The notes beneath the pieces were generated by a model, which made no database searches, was not told the origin of the DNA, and saw only the letters and a list, made by a program, of their open reading frames with translations. Of a DNA stretch of 64,000 bases, positions 47,574 through 56,251 are shown one piece after another; positions within the stretch are counted from its first letter, which is position 1; each line of letters begins with the position of its first letter. This stretch comes from Candidatus Omnitrophota bacterium (GTDB lineage Bacteria > Omnitrophota > Gorgyraeia > Zapsychrales > Zapsychraceae), in NCBI GenBank assembly GCA_003528115.1, contig DOGZ01000006.1, positions 64,076-128,075 of the forward strand, written 5' to 3'. The position numbers and the translations under genes were made by a program.

Positions 47574-47636
47574 TACCGTGTCAACTTAATGATGATTAGT
47601 TAGGCACGGTACAACTCTTCGCTCTTTCTGAAAATA
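47574..47636. repeat. conserved hairpin motif, family B copy 1 (upstream of protease gene)
   Basis: TACCGTGTCAACTTAAT-(14 nt)-CACGGTACAAC-(8 nt)-CTTTCTGAAAAT. Stem bases co-vary with copy 2 (C:G in copy 1, T:A in copy 2). Confidence 0.5.
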
Positions 47637-47693
47637 TCTATTACTGACCTCCACGAAAAAAATGGCACTGGCATTATGAGTGTCGTCAAATTA

Positions 47694-47912
47694 TCAAAAG
47701 ACAAATTTGTTGGCAGCATCAACGTCCGTTGATGGATTCGGAAAAGCCGCCTGCACTGCGGCTTTCTTGGGTGTCGCCTTGCGATGCGCTTTACCATGCT
47801 TACGGGTGCCTTTGAATTCAATGAAAATCGCGCCCGCCATGACAACGCAAACCACAACGATGACCAAGAATCCGAGCCAAGGACTAAAACATTTTTCCTT
47901 CTTACCGATCAT
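47694..47912 (-). CDS. small single-TM protein with basic C-terminal tail
   Basis: 72 aa. TM (WLGFLVIVVVCVVMAGAIFI) then KGTRKHGKAHRKATPKK. Confidence 0.35.
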   Translation of the reverse strand: MIGKKEKCFSPWLGFLVIVVVCVVMAGAIFIEFKGTRKHGKAHRKATPKKAAVQAAFPNPSTDVDAANKFVF

Positions 47913-47927
47913 GATACCTCGCAGATA

Positions 47928-48098
47928 TTATTTTTTGTCCTTTTGGAGTTTCATCCCGGTGTTGACCGCGATAAGTCCTCCGATAAAAAGCACCAGAGGT
48001 AGGAATCCCCGCAGAAAATCGCCGAAATTATCCCACCATCCTATAATCCCGATGAGTCCAAGAACTGCCGCAACCGCTCCGCCGATAATATGTACCAT
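47928..48098 (-). CDS. unannotated 56-aa 2-TM protein (MamI-like candidate). Below the ORF-track size cut-off.
   Basis: Reverse-complement of 47928-48098 gives MVHIIGGAVAAVLGLIGIIGWWDNFGDFLRGFLPLVLFIGGLIAVNTGMKLQKDKK. Two Gly-rich helices separated by a WW-containing loop, reminiscent of MamI. Confidence 0.4.
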   Translation of the reverse strand: MVHIIGGAVAAVLGLIGIIGWWDNFGDFLRGFLPLVLFIGGLIAVNTGMKLQKDKK

Positions 48099-48155
48099 TC
48101 ACTTTCTCCTTTCGTTATCCAGTTCAACTTTATCCTTTAGTTTCAGAAAATTTTT

Positions 48156-48617
48156 CTATGTGAAAATTTTTAAGAGCGCGTTCTTCGCCGAAGCGAAATG
48201 TTTGCCGGATAAATAAAACCTTTCTCTAAAAAATTCATTAATTTTGTCCTTTTTCGCGGACATAAGGACGTTTGAGGATTCCGCCACCGCGTTTTGTTCC
48301 ATCCTCTTAAGAACTTTTTTTCTCTGAGGATAGTCCCTGGCAAGATATTTAGGGTCTGCTGAAGTAATTTCCTTTGATTCCAAACAAGACACGCTTGGTG
48401 AGTCAGTACCGGATTCGGTGGGCTCTTGTTTAATCGATTGGCTTTCTTTCTTGAGAAGAACTAGGATGGCTTCTCTGGGTATTCTCTGGTGCCCGCCAAG
48501 GGTGGAAACAGCTAAAAGTTTACCTTTTTTGATCCAATTAAGAATTGTAAAACGTGTTACATCGCAGATCTTTGCCGCTTGCGATGTCGTTAAGTACTCG
48601 TTAGGCATAACTGGCAT
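48156..48617 (-). CDS. HTH DNA-binding protein (excisionase/MerR-like HTH; MamR-like?)
   Basis: N-terminus LTTSQAAKICDVTRFTILNWIKKGKLLAVSTLGGHQRIPRE is a MerR/excisionase-type HTH_17 motif. The C-terminal 100 aa have no recognisable fold. Confidence 0.5.
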   Translation of the reverse strand: MPVMPNEYLTTSQAAKICDVTRFTILNWIKKGKLLAVSTLGGHQRIPREAILVLLKKESQSIKQEPTESGTDSPSVSCLESKEITSADPKYLARDYPQRKKVLKRMEQNAVAESSNVLMSAKKDKINEFFRERFYLSGKHFASAKNALLKIFT

Positions 48618-48629
48618 GTCTTAATTTAA

Positions 48630-48902
48630 AATGTTGAATAGAACAGATTGAAAAATTAAATTACACAGTTTAAAGCGGGTGGCGCGTAATGTTTTATATA
48701 AAAACGTCCGCGTTGTCAATTTATATTTTCACTTGATAAAAATGTTGAAATTGTTGAAGTAGTTTCATACGATTTTTATTAAGGGAAATCGAGTTTAAAG
48801 TTAGAAATATCCTCGTTAACTCAGGATGGGCAACTATCTGGCATCATTGGGATAATGATGCTTGCCGCTTTGGACTAACGAATGTTGAAATTGCCGAAGT
48901 CA
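48630..48902. promoter_or_regulatory. three direct repeats AATGTTGAA(ATTGYYGAAGT) in the 292-bp intergenic region upstream of the HTH gene
   Basis: aatgttgaatagaacag (48630), aatgttgaaattgttgaagtag (48741), aatgttgaaattgccgaagtca (48881). Confidence 0.4.
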
Positions 48903-48909
48903 TCATCTC

Positions 48910-49680
48910 TTAAAACCTGAGATACTTGCGGCAAAGGCCGGTAAGAAAGAGAGGTAAAATAAAAAGACCGCTAAAAGCTTCGATAACGGCAACCGCTTTA
49001 CTAAATCCAATAGGAATTACATATTCAGCGCCCACTTTAGTGAACGTGGTAAAACTAAAATAGGTTGCCTGAAATAAATCAGGTTTTATGATCATATTGT
49101 CCCTGCTAAGGTGTCCGCGGGTATATAACACCGAGCATAAGAGAACCAACAAAAAGCCGAAAAACGCTGTACGGTGAGGTCGCTCACCATGCCCCCATAC
49201 GAGGGAAGAAAAGGTCAAGGTTATAAGGGGAACCAATCTCCTGCCAACTAACTTGAGGTTGAACTTAATTTCCACATTATCATCTTTCTTCGAAGCACGA
49301 AACAAATCAAAGAATAGAAATTTTCGATAAGATTCTTTGGACCTAAAAAAACATTCGGAATAGGCAAGGTAATCATGATCCCGCTCATAACTGACTGCCG
49401 CATATTTATAGAGCATGGAGGCATACTCTAAATCCATGGAAACCTCTGCTTCTCGGGCGGCTTCCTCATAAAGGTAGGCGATACGCTGAAATGTTTTTTG
49501 CCCAAACATAAGCGCCAGGCTGCTTGCCGCGGCAGCCAAACAAATCGCCGCCTGATTATGTTTTTCTTCCTTTTGAAAGGCCCTGGCAGCTTGAAAATAT
49601 AAATCCCCCGCATCTTCATACTTATGTTCCCCAAGAAGCTGTTGGGCTTTTTGCTCAAGCGATTTTAAATCTGATGCCAT
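48910..49680 (-). CDS. two-TM pore-domain (Ion_trans_2-like) channel protein with N-terminal soluble helical domain
   Basis: C-terminal TM-pore loop-TM with FTTFTKVGAEY in place of the K-channel TTVGYG filter. Confidence 0.45.
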   Translation of the reverse strand: MASDLKSLEQKAQQLLGEHKYEDAGDLYFQAARAFQKEEKHNQAAICLAAAASSLALMFGQKTFQRIAYLYEEAAREAEVSMDLEYASMLYKYAAVSYERDHDYLAYSECFFRSKESYRKFLFFDLFRASKKDDNVEIKFNLKLVGRRLVPLITLTFSSLVWGHGERPHRTAFFGFLLVLLCSVLYTRGHLSRDNMIIKPDLFQATYFSFTTFTKVGAEYVIPIGFSKAVAVIEAFSGLFILPLFLTGLCRKYLRF

Positions 49681-49681
49681 T

Positions 49682-50035
49682 TTATAGCCCTTTCAAGGCA
49701 TCTTCGCGATTCTCAAAAATACCGAATAACTTATGCACTTTGGTAATCTCAAATACACCTATATTTCTTTTATTGACATGACATAAGCGCATGCGCCCGC
49801 CGACTTTTTCCAAATTTTGAAACATCTCGAGAAGGGTGGCAATCCCTGAGCTGTCAATAAAGCCAACCTTTTCAAAATCAATTAAAACCTTGATATTCCC
49901 GTCTTTTAAAATTTTTTTAAAGGTCTCCCGCAACATATTGGAATAATTCATATTGAGTTCACCCTCCAATTTAACAATGACATTATCGTTTATTTTCTCA
50001 ATTTTTATGTTCACTTTCCCCTCCCTTGCTTTCAA
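49682..50035 (-). CDS. STAS-domain anti-sigma factor antagonist (SpoIIAA/RsbV-like)
   Basis: 117 aa. GELNMNYSNMLRETF...IDFEKVGFIDSSGIATLLE is a STAS fold with a conserved phospho-Ser context (DSSG). Confidence 0.75.
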   Translation of the reverse strand: MKAREGKVNIKIEKINDNVIVKLEGELNMNYSNMLRETFKKILKDGNIKVLIDFEKVGFIDSSGIATLLEMFQNLEKVGGRMRLCHVNKRNIGVFEITKVHKLFGIFENREDALKGL

Positions 50036-50474
50036 ACAACTTAATCATTTTAATCGTTCGTCCTTTACTGAAGAATTTCACGTCATTCATTATCTTTCTG
50101 ATTAAATATATCCCGCGACCTTGATGTTGCATAATATTCTCCGGCGTGGTGGGATCCGGTAAGACACGATAATCAAATCCTTCTCCCTGGTCACTCACTT
50201 CCAGGGTCAATTGGCTTTTATCAATTTTGATGAGGACATGGACACCTAAAGCACTGTTCAATTTATTCCCATGCTTAACGGCATTAACGACTGCTTCATG
50301 CAAACAAAACTTTATGTTAAAAATGTCGTTTTCCTTCACGGGCAGAAGACGCAACTTTTCAACCGCCGAAGAAATAAAATCAGGCACAAGGGCCATCTTT
50401 GAAGGAATGGTTTCATTAAGAATTATTGTTGAGGCCATTGGATTGTTTTGGGCTTGCTGAAGAACATTAACCAT
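49998..50474 (-). CDS. anti-sigma regulatory factor / Ser-protein kinase (RsbW/SpoIIAB-like, HATPase_c)
   Basis: LHEAVVNAVKHGN (N-box), DQGEGFD (G1-box). 158 aa. Overlaps the STAS gene. Confidence 0.7.
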   Translation of the reverse strand: MVNVLQQAQNNPMASTIILNETIPSKMALVPDFISSAVEKLRLLPVKENDIFNIKFCLHEAVVNAVKHGNKLNSALGVHVLIKIDKSQLTLEVSDQGEGFDYRVLPDPTTPENIMQHQGRGIYLIRKIMNDVKFFSKGRTIKMIKLFESKGGESEHKN

Positions 50475-50562
50475 ACGGTTTTAATTAAGGCGGTAGTATA
50501 TCAAAATATCCCATCTGCGCAAAATAAAAATAATCTGCCTTAACAATGGATAGCTTAACGGC

Positions 50563-52479
50563 CTAAACAATTTTAACAACGACCAGGGTAATATCGTCAT
50601 GCTGTTTGGATTTTGACTCGAATGTTGTTACATCTTTTTCAATCACCTCGCGCAGTTGTTGCGCTGATAAATCCCGGTGAGCATCCGCTAAAGACGCAAG
50701 CTTCTCGGCCGTGTACATCTCGGATTTGGCATTGACAGCCTCAGTTATCCCATCCGTATAAAAAATAAAGATGTCGCCTTGCTCATATTTTACCTGATTA
50801 CCCGAATAAGGCCTTTTGATCATCCCTAAAGGCAATCCTTCCGCCACATCTAAAAAAACTGGTTTTTTATCTTTAGCTAAATATAAAACAGGAACATGTC
50901 CGCCATTGGCATACGCCATGACCCGGCTGTCAAGATCAAAAACCCCATAAAAAAGAGTCACCAAAAGATTCGCGGAAGATTCTTGAATAATTTTTTCATT
51001 CAAATGGCGCAACGCCTCCTGCGGGGCAATCTCCGGCTTGGCAAAAAACTTAAATGAACTCGTGACCATGGCCATAAAAAGGCTGGCGGGGACCCCTTTC
51101 CCCGTGACATCCCCTATCAACACCCCGAATTTCCCCTCATCAAATTCAAAAAAATCATAGAGATCACCCCCTACCTGACGGGCAGTAAGCATAGCCGCAG
51201 TCATATCAAATCCCGCAATCGTAGGCACTATCGCGGGGAGGAAACTTTGCTGTATCTGTTTGGCAATTTGCAGCTCTTTTTCCAAGACAATGCGTTCCTT
51301 AAATTCCATAATATATTTGAACAATGTGCAGGAAAAATAAAGAAGACTGGTAATGAACATGGGATAAAAGATGTCGATCCAAAGGCCTCGCATATTAAAA
51401 AACAACACGCACGATAAAACAAAAATAGAATTGACTCCCAGAAGAATTCCCAATGCCCGCAGAGGAGAAGTCTTGGTAGAAGATGCAAAGATAAATAGAA
51501 CCAAAAGAAAAAGGATACACAAATTGACTGCCTTCGATTCTCTTGTAATAAAATTTTTATTGATGATCGAGTTAAAAATTTCCGCGTGTATCCCTACAGC
51601 AGGGTAAAGCGACTCGAGCGGGGTTGAATGCAAATCCGTTGTTCCGTCTGCCGTAAAACCGACCAGGCATACCTTGCCTTTAAAAACATTGAGATCCAGC
51701 AGGCCTTCTTCTCCCGTGGTGTGGGCCTTATACGACTGCAGGATATCTACGTATGAATAGTGTTGACACTCGCCTCCCCATTTCCCGGAAAAATTGATAA
51801 TAATGTTTGAGTTTTCATCCAATGGTATTTTTTGGTGAGAGCCATACGCGAAATGCCCTCCCGGTACCAGACGGCTATTGTGCTGGCCCAATCCCAAATA
51901 ATCATAACTTACTAAGAAAGCCATGGAAGGGTACATATCTTTTTTATAGCGAATATACAAAGGGACTCTTCTAAATTTTCCATCAAAATCAGGAATAATA
52001 TTAATATGCCCTGTCCCCTTGGCGAGACGTGTGAGGTTTTCTAAATTTTGCGCGGAATATTTAACGGCCTGAAGCATGTTCCGTTCCGTTTTAGGGACAA
52101 CTTCAAAAACATAGGGCAAATAGACATTCCCGGCAGAACGCATGGCTTCCTGTAATTCGTTATCCCCTCTCTGGGGCTCGCTAAAAAAAATGTCGAAGAC
52201 AATGGCCTTGGCGCCAAATTCGGAAAGGGCTTTGATGAGCATTGCGTGATACCCCCTATCCAAGGGAAAGCGACCGAGTTTTTCGATGGTATCATTGCCA
52301 ATTTCAATAATAACAATTTTATCTGTTGCTGGGATATGGGGACGAAACCGAAACCGCAAATCGAGGGTGCCCAATTCATAATTATCGAAAAGGTGGAAGT
52401 ATGACCCCGCAAAAATAGAGCTGATGATTAAAAGGATTGAAACGGCCAAAATACCGCGTTTGAGAAATTTTGTAAACAT
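50563..52479 (-). CDS. CHASE2 sensor domain fused to PP2C/SpoIIE-type phosphatase (RsbU-like)
   Basis: N-terminal TM plus periplasmic CHASE2-like domain plus TM bundle. C-terminal PP2C (GGDLYDFFEFDEGKFGVLIGDVTGKG...FIFYTDGITEA). Confidence 0.7.
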   Translation of the reverse strand: MFTKFLKRGILAVSILLIISSIFAGSYFHLFDNYELGTLDLRFRFRPHIPATDKIVIIEIGNDTIEKLGRFPLDRGYHAMLIKALSEFGAKAIVFDIFFSEPQRGDNELQEAMRSAGNVYLPYVFEVVPKTERNMLQAVKYSAQNLENLTRLAKGTGHINIIPDFDGKFRRVPLYIRYKKDMYPSMAFLVSYDYLGLGQHNSRLVPGGHFAYGSHQKIPLDENSNIIINFSGKWGGECQHYSYVDILQSYKAHTTGEEGLLDLNVFKGKVCLVGFTADGTTDLHSTPLESLYPAVGIHAEIFNSIINKNFITRESKAVNLCILFLLVLFIFASSTKTSPLRALGILLGVNSIFVLSCVLFFNMRGLWIDIFYPMFITSLLYFSCTLFKYIMEFKERIVLEKELQIAKQIQQSFLPAIVPTIAGFDMTAAMLTARQVGGDLYDFFEFDEGKFGVLIGDVTGKGVPASLFMAMVTSSFKFFAKPEIAPQEALRHLNEKIIQESSANLLVTLFYGVFDLDSRVMAYANGGHVPVLYLAKDKKPVFLDVAEGLPLGMIKRPYSGNQVKYEQGDIFIFYTDGITEAVNAKSEMYTAEKLASLADAHRDLSAQQLREVIEKDVTTFESKSKQHDDITLVVVKIV

Positions 52480-52683
52480 GCTGAGCCTTTTAGGACTTTC
52501 GCGTTTGGATGAAATGCGAGGCGCAACCGAGGAGTCCCGGGAAAAGCTCGGGATAAACTCCGCGAGGCGTACTGTTGTGTACGCTGAACAAGCGCAGAAG
52601 GTTGCAACTTTCTAACCACTCCATAGCTATTAGCTTACCTCAATATCTTTGTCTTGGAAATGGTATCTATTGAAAAATCCGGG

Positions 52684-52716
52684 TTAAATAAATAAGCCCG
52701 CTTGTTTCAGCGGGCC
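52684..52716 (-). terminator. Rho-independent terminator downstream of the P-type ATPase gene (minus strand)
   Basis: gcccgc/gcgggc 6-bp stem with 8-nt loop at 52696-52715. The forward strand is preceded by aaataaataa, so the minus-strand RNA has a hairpin followed by UUAUUUAUUU. Confidence 0.5.
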
Positions 52717-52741
52717 TATTTTCCTTAATGTTATAAAATCC

Positions 52742-54889
52742 CTATCGAAGTAATCGAAGCGCATTAAAAACAACGACGATAGTAGCCCCCATATCCGCCG
52801 CAATCGCCATCCAGAGATTTGAAATCCCTACAAATGTAAGAATGACAAAAAGTCCTTTAACGCCAATTGAAAAGGCAATGTTTTGTTGAATAATCTTAAG
52901 TGTCCGATGGGAATGTTGGATTAACCAAGGAATTTTTTCAATGTTATCGGACATCAAGGCGATATCCGCAGTTTCGATTGCCATGTCCGTTCCCATCCCC
53001 GCCATCGCAATGCCAATGTGGGCAGAGGCTAAAGCCGGGGTATCGTTAATCCCATCACCAATCATGCCGGTTTTATATTTTTGAGAAAGATCGTGAATAA
53101 TTTTGACTTTATCCTCCGGTAATAATTGGGCATGCACTTCATCCATCCCCAGGGATTTTCCGACCGCTTGGGCGGTTTGCCAATTGTCCCCCGTCAATAA
53201 AATCACTTTTTGAATTCCCAAAACTTTAAGCTCTCGAACAATATCTTTGACATCCGCTCGGATTTGGTCCTTCAGCGTTATGATGCCGCAAATATGTTCC
53301 TGATCGCAAATCCCAACAATGGTATGCGCCTCGTCTTCAAGATTTTTTGCAAGCGTATGAAATTCTTCGGTTTCAACACCGAGTTCGTCCATCATTTTAT
53401 GACTGCCAATCCAGTACTTTTTCCCGTCAACGAACCCGTAAGCTCCTTTCCCGGGAAGAACGGTATATTCCGTTGAAGCCAAGGATTTAATTTGTGATTG
53501 TTTTGCCTTCTTTAAAATGGACCGCGCTAAAGGATGGCAGCTGTGCTGTTCTAAGGCCGCGGCGAGTCCAAGCAGTCGGGTTTCCGTATTCCCATTTAAA
53601 GGAATAATCTTTTCGACTTGAGGTTTTCCATACGTGATCGTCCCCGTTTTATCCAAGGCCAAAACCGACATTCGACCAATGCCTTCCAAAAAGACACCGC
53701 CTTTAATTAAAATTCCGTTTCTGGCCGCGCGGGTCAACCCGGCCACAATACTAACGGGAGTCGAAATCACCAGCGCGCAAGGACAACCGATGACCAAAAG
53801 AACCAAGGCATCATAAAACCATTTTGACCAATTCCCCAAAAATAAAGGCGGTATGGTAGCAATGACAACAGCAATCAGCAGCATAAAAGGTGTATAGTAA
53901 CGCGCGAACTTGTCTACCCATTGTTCGCTGGGTGCCTTGCGATCCAGCCCTTCTTCAACCATTCGAATAATTCTCGCCAATGTGGTGTCGCTTGCTGGTT
54001 TGGTCACGCTAAATTCAATAGAGCTTTCCTCATTCAAGGTCCCTGCGTAAACGTTGTCCCCTATCGTTTTGGTAACAGGGACGGCTTCTCCCGTGAGCAT
54101 GCTTTCATTGATCGCGGACGTTCCTTGAGTGATTGTCCCATCCAAAGCGATCTTTTCCCCCGGTCGAACCAGAACAGTCGAATTAAGAGGAATCTCTTCG
54201 ACAGGTTTTTCTGCAACGATGCCGTCTGAAGTCCTATAACGCGCAACCGGCGGAGAAATCTGTAACAAGGATTCAATCGCGCGACGCGCCTTGGAAACGC
54301 TCCAGGACTCCAGATAAAGAGAAATCGCAAAAAGAAAGATGACCGTCGCGCCTTCAAACCATTCGCCGATAATCACGGCGCCGATCACGGCAATCGTCAT
54401 TAATAGATTAATGTTCGGACTTAACGTTCGAATGGCATACATAGCCCCGGGAAGAACAAAACAGATCGCCGAAGCGATGGAGAGACTATAAAAAATTATA
54501 CTTAATAACGGCAAGACATGCTGTTCATGGCTACCTTTGATAATATCGGCAATATTTTTATGGAAATATACCTGTGAGAGGAAACCTAAAAGAAGAAATG
54601 TCCCAGATATGACTGTCATTACAAATTTCTTATCAAAAACCCGGGATTTTGACGCGTGTGATTTCTCGAATAAAACCTTCTCCCACAAAACGGCCTCCAT
54701 GCCGGTTTTTTGGATAGAATTAAATAGTTGCTCGACAAGTCGTTCGTCTTCCAACTCCGCGGTCATTTTCCCTTTCAAAACATCAAAAGAGAGACAATCC
54801 TCTCCCCCGACCAAAGGACCGACAGCTTTTTTTAAGATGGCAATCTCCTCAGCGCAATCCATGCCGATGATTTTTAATTCAACCTTCAT
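52742..54889 (-). CDS. heavy-metal translocating P1B-type ATPase (Zn/Cd/Pb-type)
   Basis: N-terminal HMA-like domain (GMDCAEE). TM CPC motif (GCPCALVIS), DKTGT phosphorylation site, GDGINDTPAL hinge. Confidence 0.8.
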   Translation of the reverse strand: MKVELKIIGMDCAEEIAILKKAVGPLVGGEDCLSFDVLKGKMTAELEDERLVEQLFNSIQKTGMEAVLWEKVLFEKSHASKSRVFDKKFVMTVISGTFLLLGFLSQVYFHKNIADIIKGSHEQHVLPLLSIIFYSLSIASAICFVLPGAMYAIRTLSPNINLLMTIAVIGAVIIGEWFEGATVIFLFAISLYLESWSVSKARRAIESLLQISPPVARYRTSDGIVAEKPVEEIPLNSTVLVRPGEKIALDGTITQGTSAINESMLTGEAVPVTKTIGDNVYAGTLNEESSIEFSVTKPASDTTLARIIRMVEEGLDRKAPSEQWVDKFARYYTPFMLLIAVVIATIPPLFLGNWSKWFYDALVLLVIGCPCALVISTPVSIVAGLTRAARNGILIKGGVFLEGIGRMSVLALDKTGTITYGKPQVEKIIPLNGNTETRLLGLAAALEQHSCHPLARSILKKAKQSQIKSLASTEYTVLPGKGAYGFVDGKKYWIGSHKMMDELGVETEEFHTLAKNLEDEAHTIVGICDQEHICGIITLKDQIRADVKDIVRELKVLGIQKVILLTGDNWQTAQAVGKSLGMDEVHAQLLPEDKVKIIHDLSQKYKTGMIGDGINDTPALASAHIGIAMAGMGTDMAIETADIALMSDNIEKIPWLIQHSHRTLKIIQQNIAFSIGVKGLFVILTFVGISNLWMAIAADMGATIVVVFNALRLLR

Positions 54890-54892
54890 CCT

Positions 54893-56233
54893 TTAGAATT
54901 CGATTTGTGTTTGTACATAAAAGTAATCAATTGGTTTTTTAGATCCGGTTGCGTCTTCGAAGAACTTTCCGGTAAAAAACCTGTTCGCGCTGGCAATGAT
55001 ATTGCAGTTCTCAAAAAGATTGTATGTCGTGATGAGGTTGATTTCATCCCCCAGATTCTTGCTTATCCCATTGGGCGTTTTATCCGAAAGTAAATAATGG
55101 TTATCCAGATTCAAATTCAACTTGGAGGTTAAATCCAGCGATAGGCCCGCAACGAATATATGCATACCGCTGGCTCTGGCGTCGCCCACCGTAATACCGC
55201 TAAGGTCTGGAATAAGACTGGTATCACCCACCAGATAATTATCGTTGTAAATGTTACCGTGAAATTCCCTAAATTTTTTATCTTGGGCATTATTGTCTCC
55301 GCTTCCAAAGGCGTAAGCGGTAAATATACGGGTCTTATGTTCAGAATCCATGGTGTAACCTGCCTCGATATGCCCGCCATAGGCGCTGATAGTATCCTGA
55401 GCCAAACGCTCGGAGTTTTCAATCTTACCAAATTGATAGAGCGGTTCTATCTCATAATCAAATCCACCCTTAGTCTTACCGGCTAATCTTGTTCCTAAAG
55501 TAAACCATTTATCACTAGCCGGAAGGTCGGTATGAAAAAACTGAAAACCGCCTTTGTGATAAAAGAAATATAAATCAACAGCCGAATCGTGCGTTAGTTC
55601 ATAACTCGAATAAGCGCCGTATAAAGCAGGCTCGTTATCGCTTGTATTTTCATTGAGTTTAACGTAACGGGCGCCGATTAAATCTACCCAAAAATTGTCT
55701 TTGGGAGCGATTTTGATTTTTCCCCCATCCCAAACAAGCCCCTCGTAAAAGTCATTCGGGCCTAAAAAGAACGACGTTCCGTAAGAAAGTTCCTGCCGTC
55801 CAACCTTAAGGCCTACGGGAAGATTTTCCATGCCGGAGAATTCAACATACGCCTGATATAGATTCACCTCAGAGTAATCGTCGGGATTCTCCCGCGTATA
55901 GAATTGGCCTTGGATAAAGCCTGCTAATGACTTCATCGGCTTTACGGACAGATTTAGCCGCGTCCTCGAGACGACTTGTTCATCGTGTGTATCAGGGCTA
56001 AAGCCAAAGTCGCTTAAAAGCTGATTTCGAACAAAGTCGCCACGCACACGCGCTTGAGCCCCCATGTGAAAGATATCACTGATTTTCTTTCCAGCATCAA
56101 TTTCATGACGTTCTTCGCCGACCTCCTTTTCCTCATCATGAATACTCGCAGCACTGACACTATGGCCCTGAACGAATACCCCCAAAGCTAAAAACAAGCA
56201 AATTCCCTTAATTTTAAACATGCTTGCCTTCAT
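54893..56233 (-). CDS. outer-membrane beta-barrel protein (signal peptide, C-terminal Phe)
   Basis: Signal peptide (...GHSVSAAS), alternating-hydrophobic beta-strand pattern, ends ...YVQTQIEF. Confidence 0.45.
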   Translation of the reverse strand: MKASMFKIKGICLFLALGVFVQGHSVSAASIHDEEKEVGEERHEIDAGKKISDIFHMGAQARVRGDFVRNQLLSDFGFSPDTHDEQVVSRTRLNLSVKPMKSLAGFIQGQFYTRENPDDYSEVNLYQAYVEFSGMENLPVGLKVGRQELSYGTSFFLGPNDFYEGLVWDGGKIKIAPKDNFWVDLIGARYVKLNENTSDNEPALYGAYSSYELTHDSAVDLYFFYHKGGFQFFHTDLPASDKWFTLGTRLAGKTKGGFDYEIEPLYQFGKIENSERLAQDTISAYGGHIEAGYTMDSEHKTRIFTAYAFGSGDNNAQDKKFREFHGNIYNDNYLVGDTSLIPDLSGITVGDARASGMHIFVAGLSLDLTSKLNLNLDNHYLLSDKTPNGISKNLGDEINLITTYNLFENCNIIASANRFFTGKFFEDATGSKKPIDYFYVQTQIEF

Positions 56234-56251
56234 ATTTCTTTCATTTTAATT

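Noticed and set aside
47574-47590. TTGACA hexamer on the minus strand within repeat family B, as a sigma70 -35 box
   Set aside because: No acceptable -10 hexamer lies 16-18 nt downstream in either copy. A sigma54 -24/-12 reading (GGCACG...TTGC) also fails on spacing and sequence. The conservation is better explained by the co-varying hairpin.
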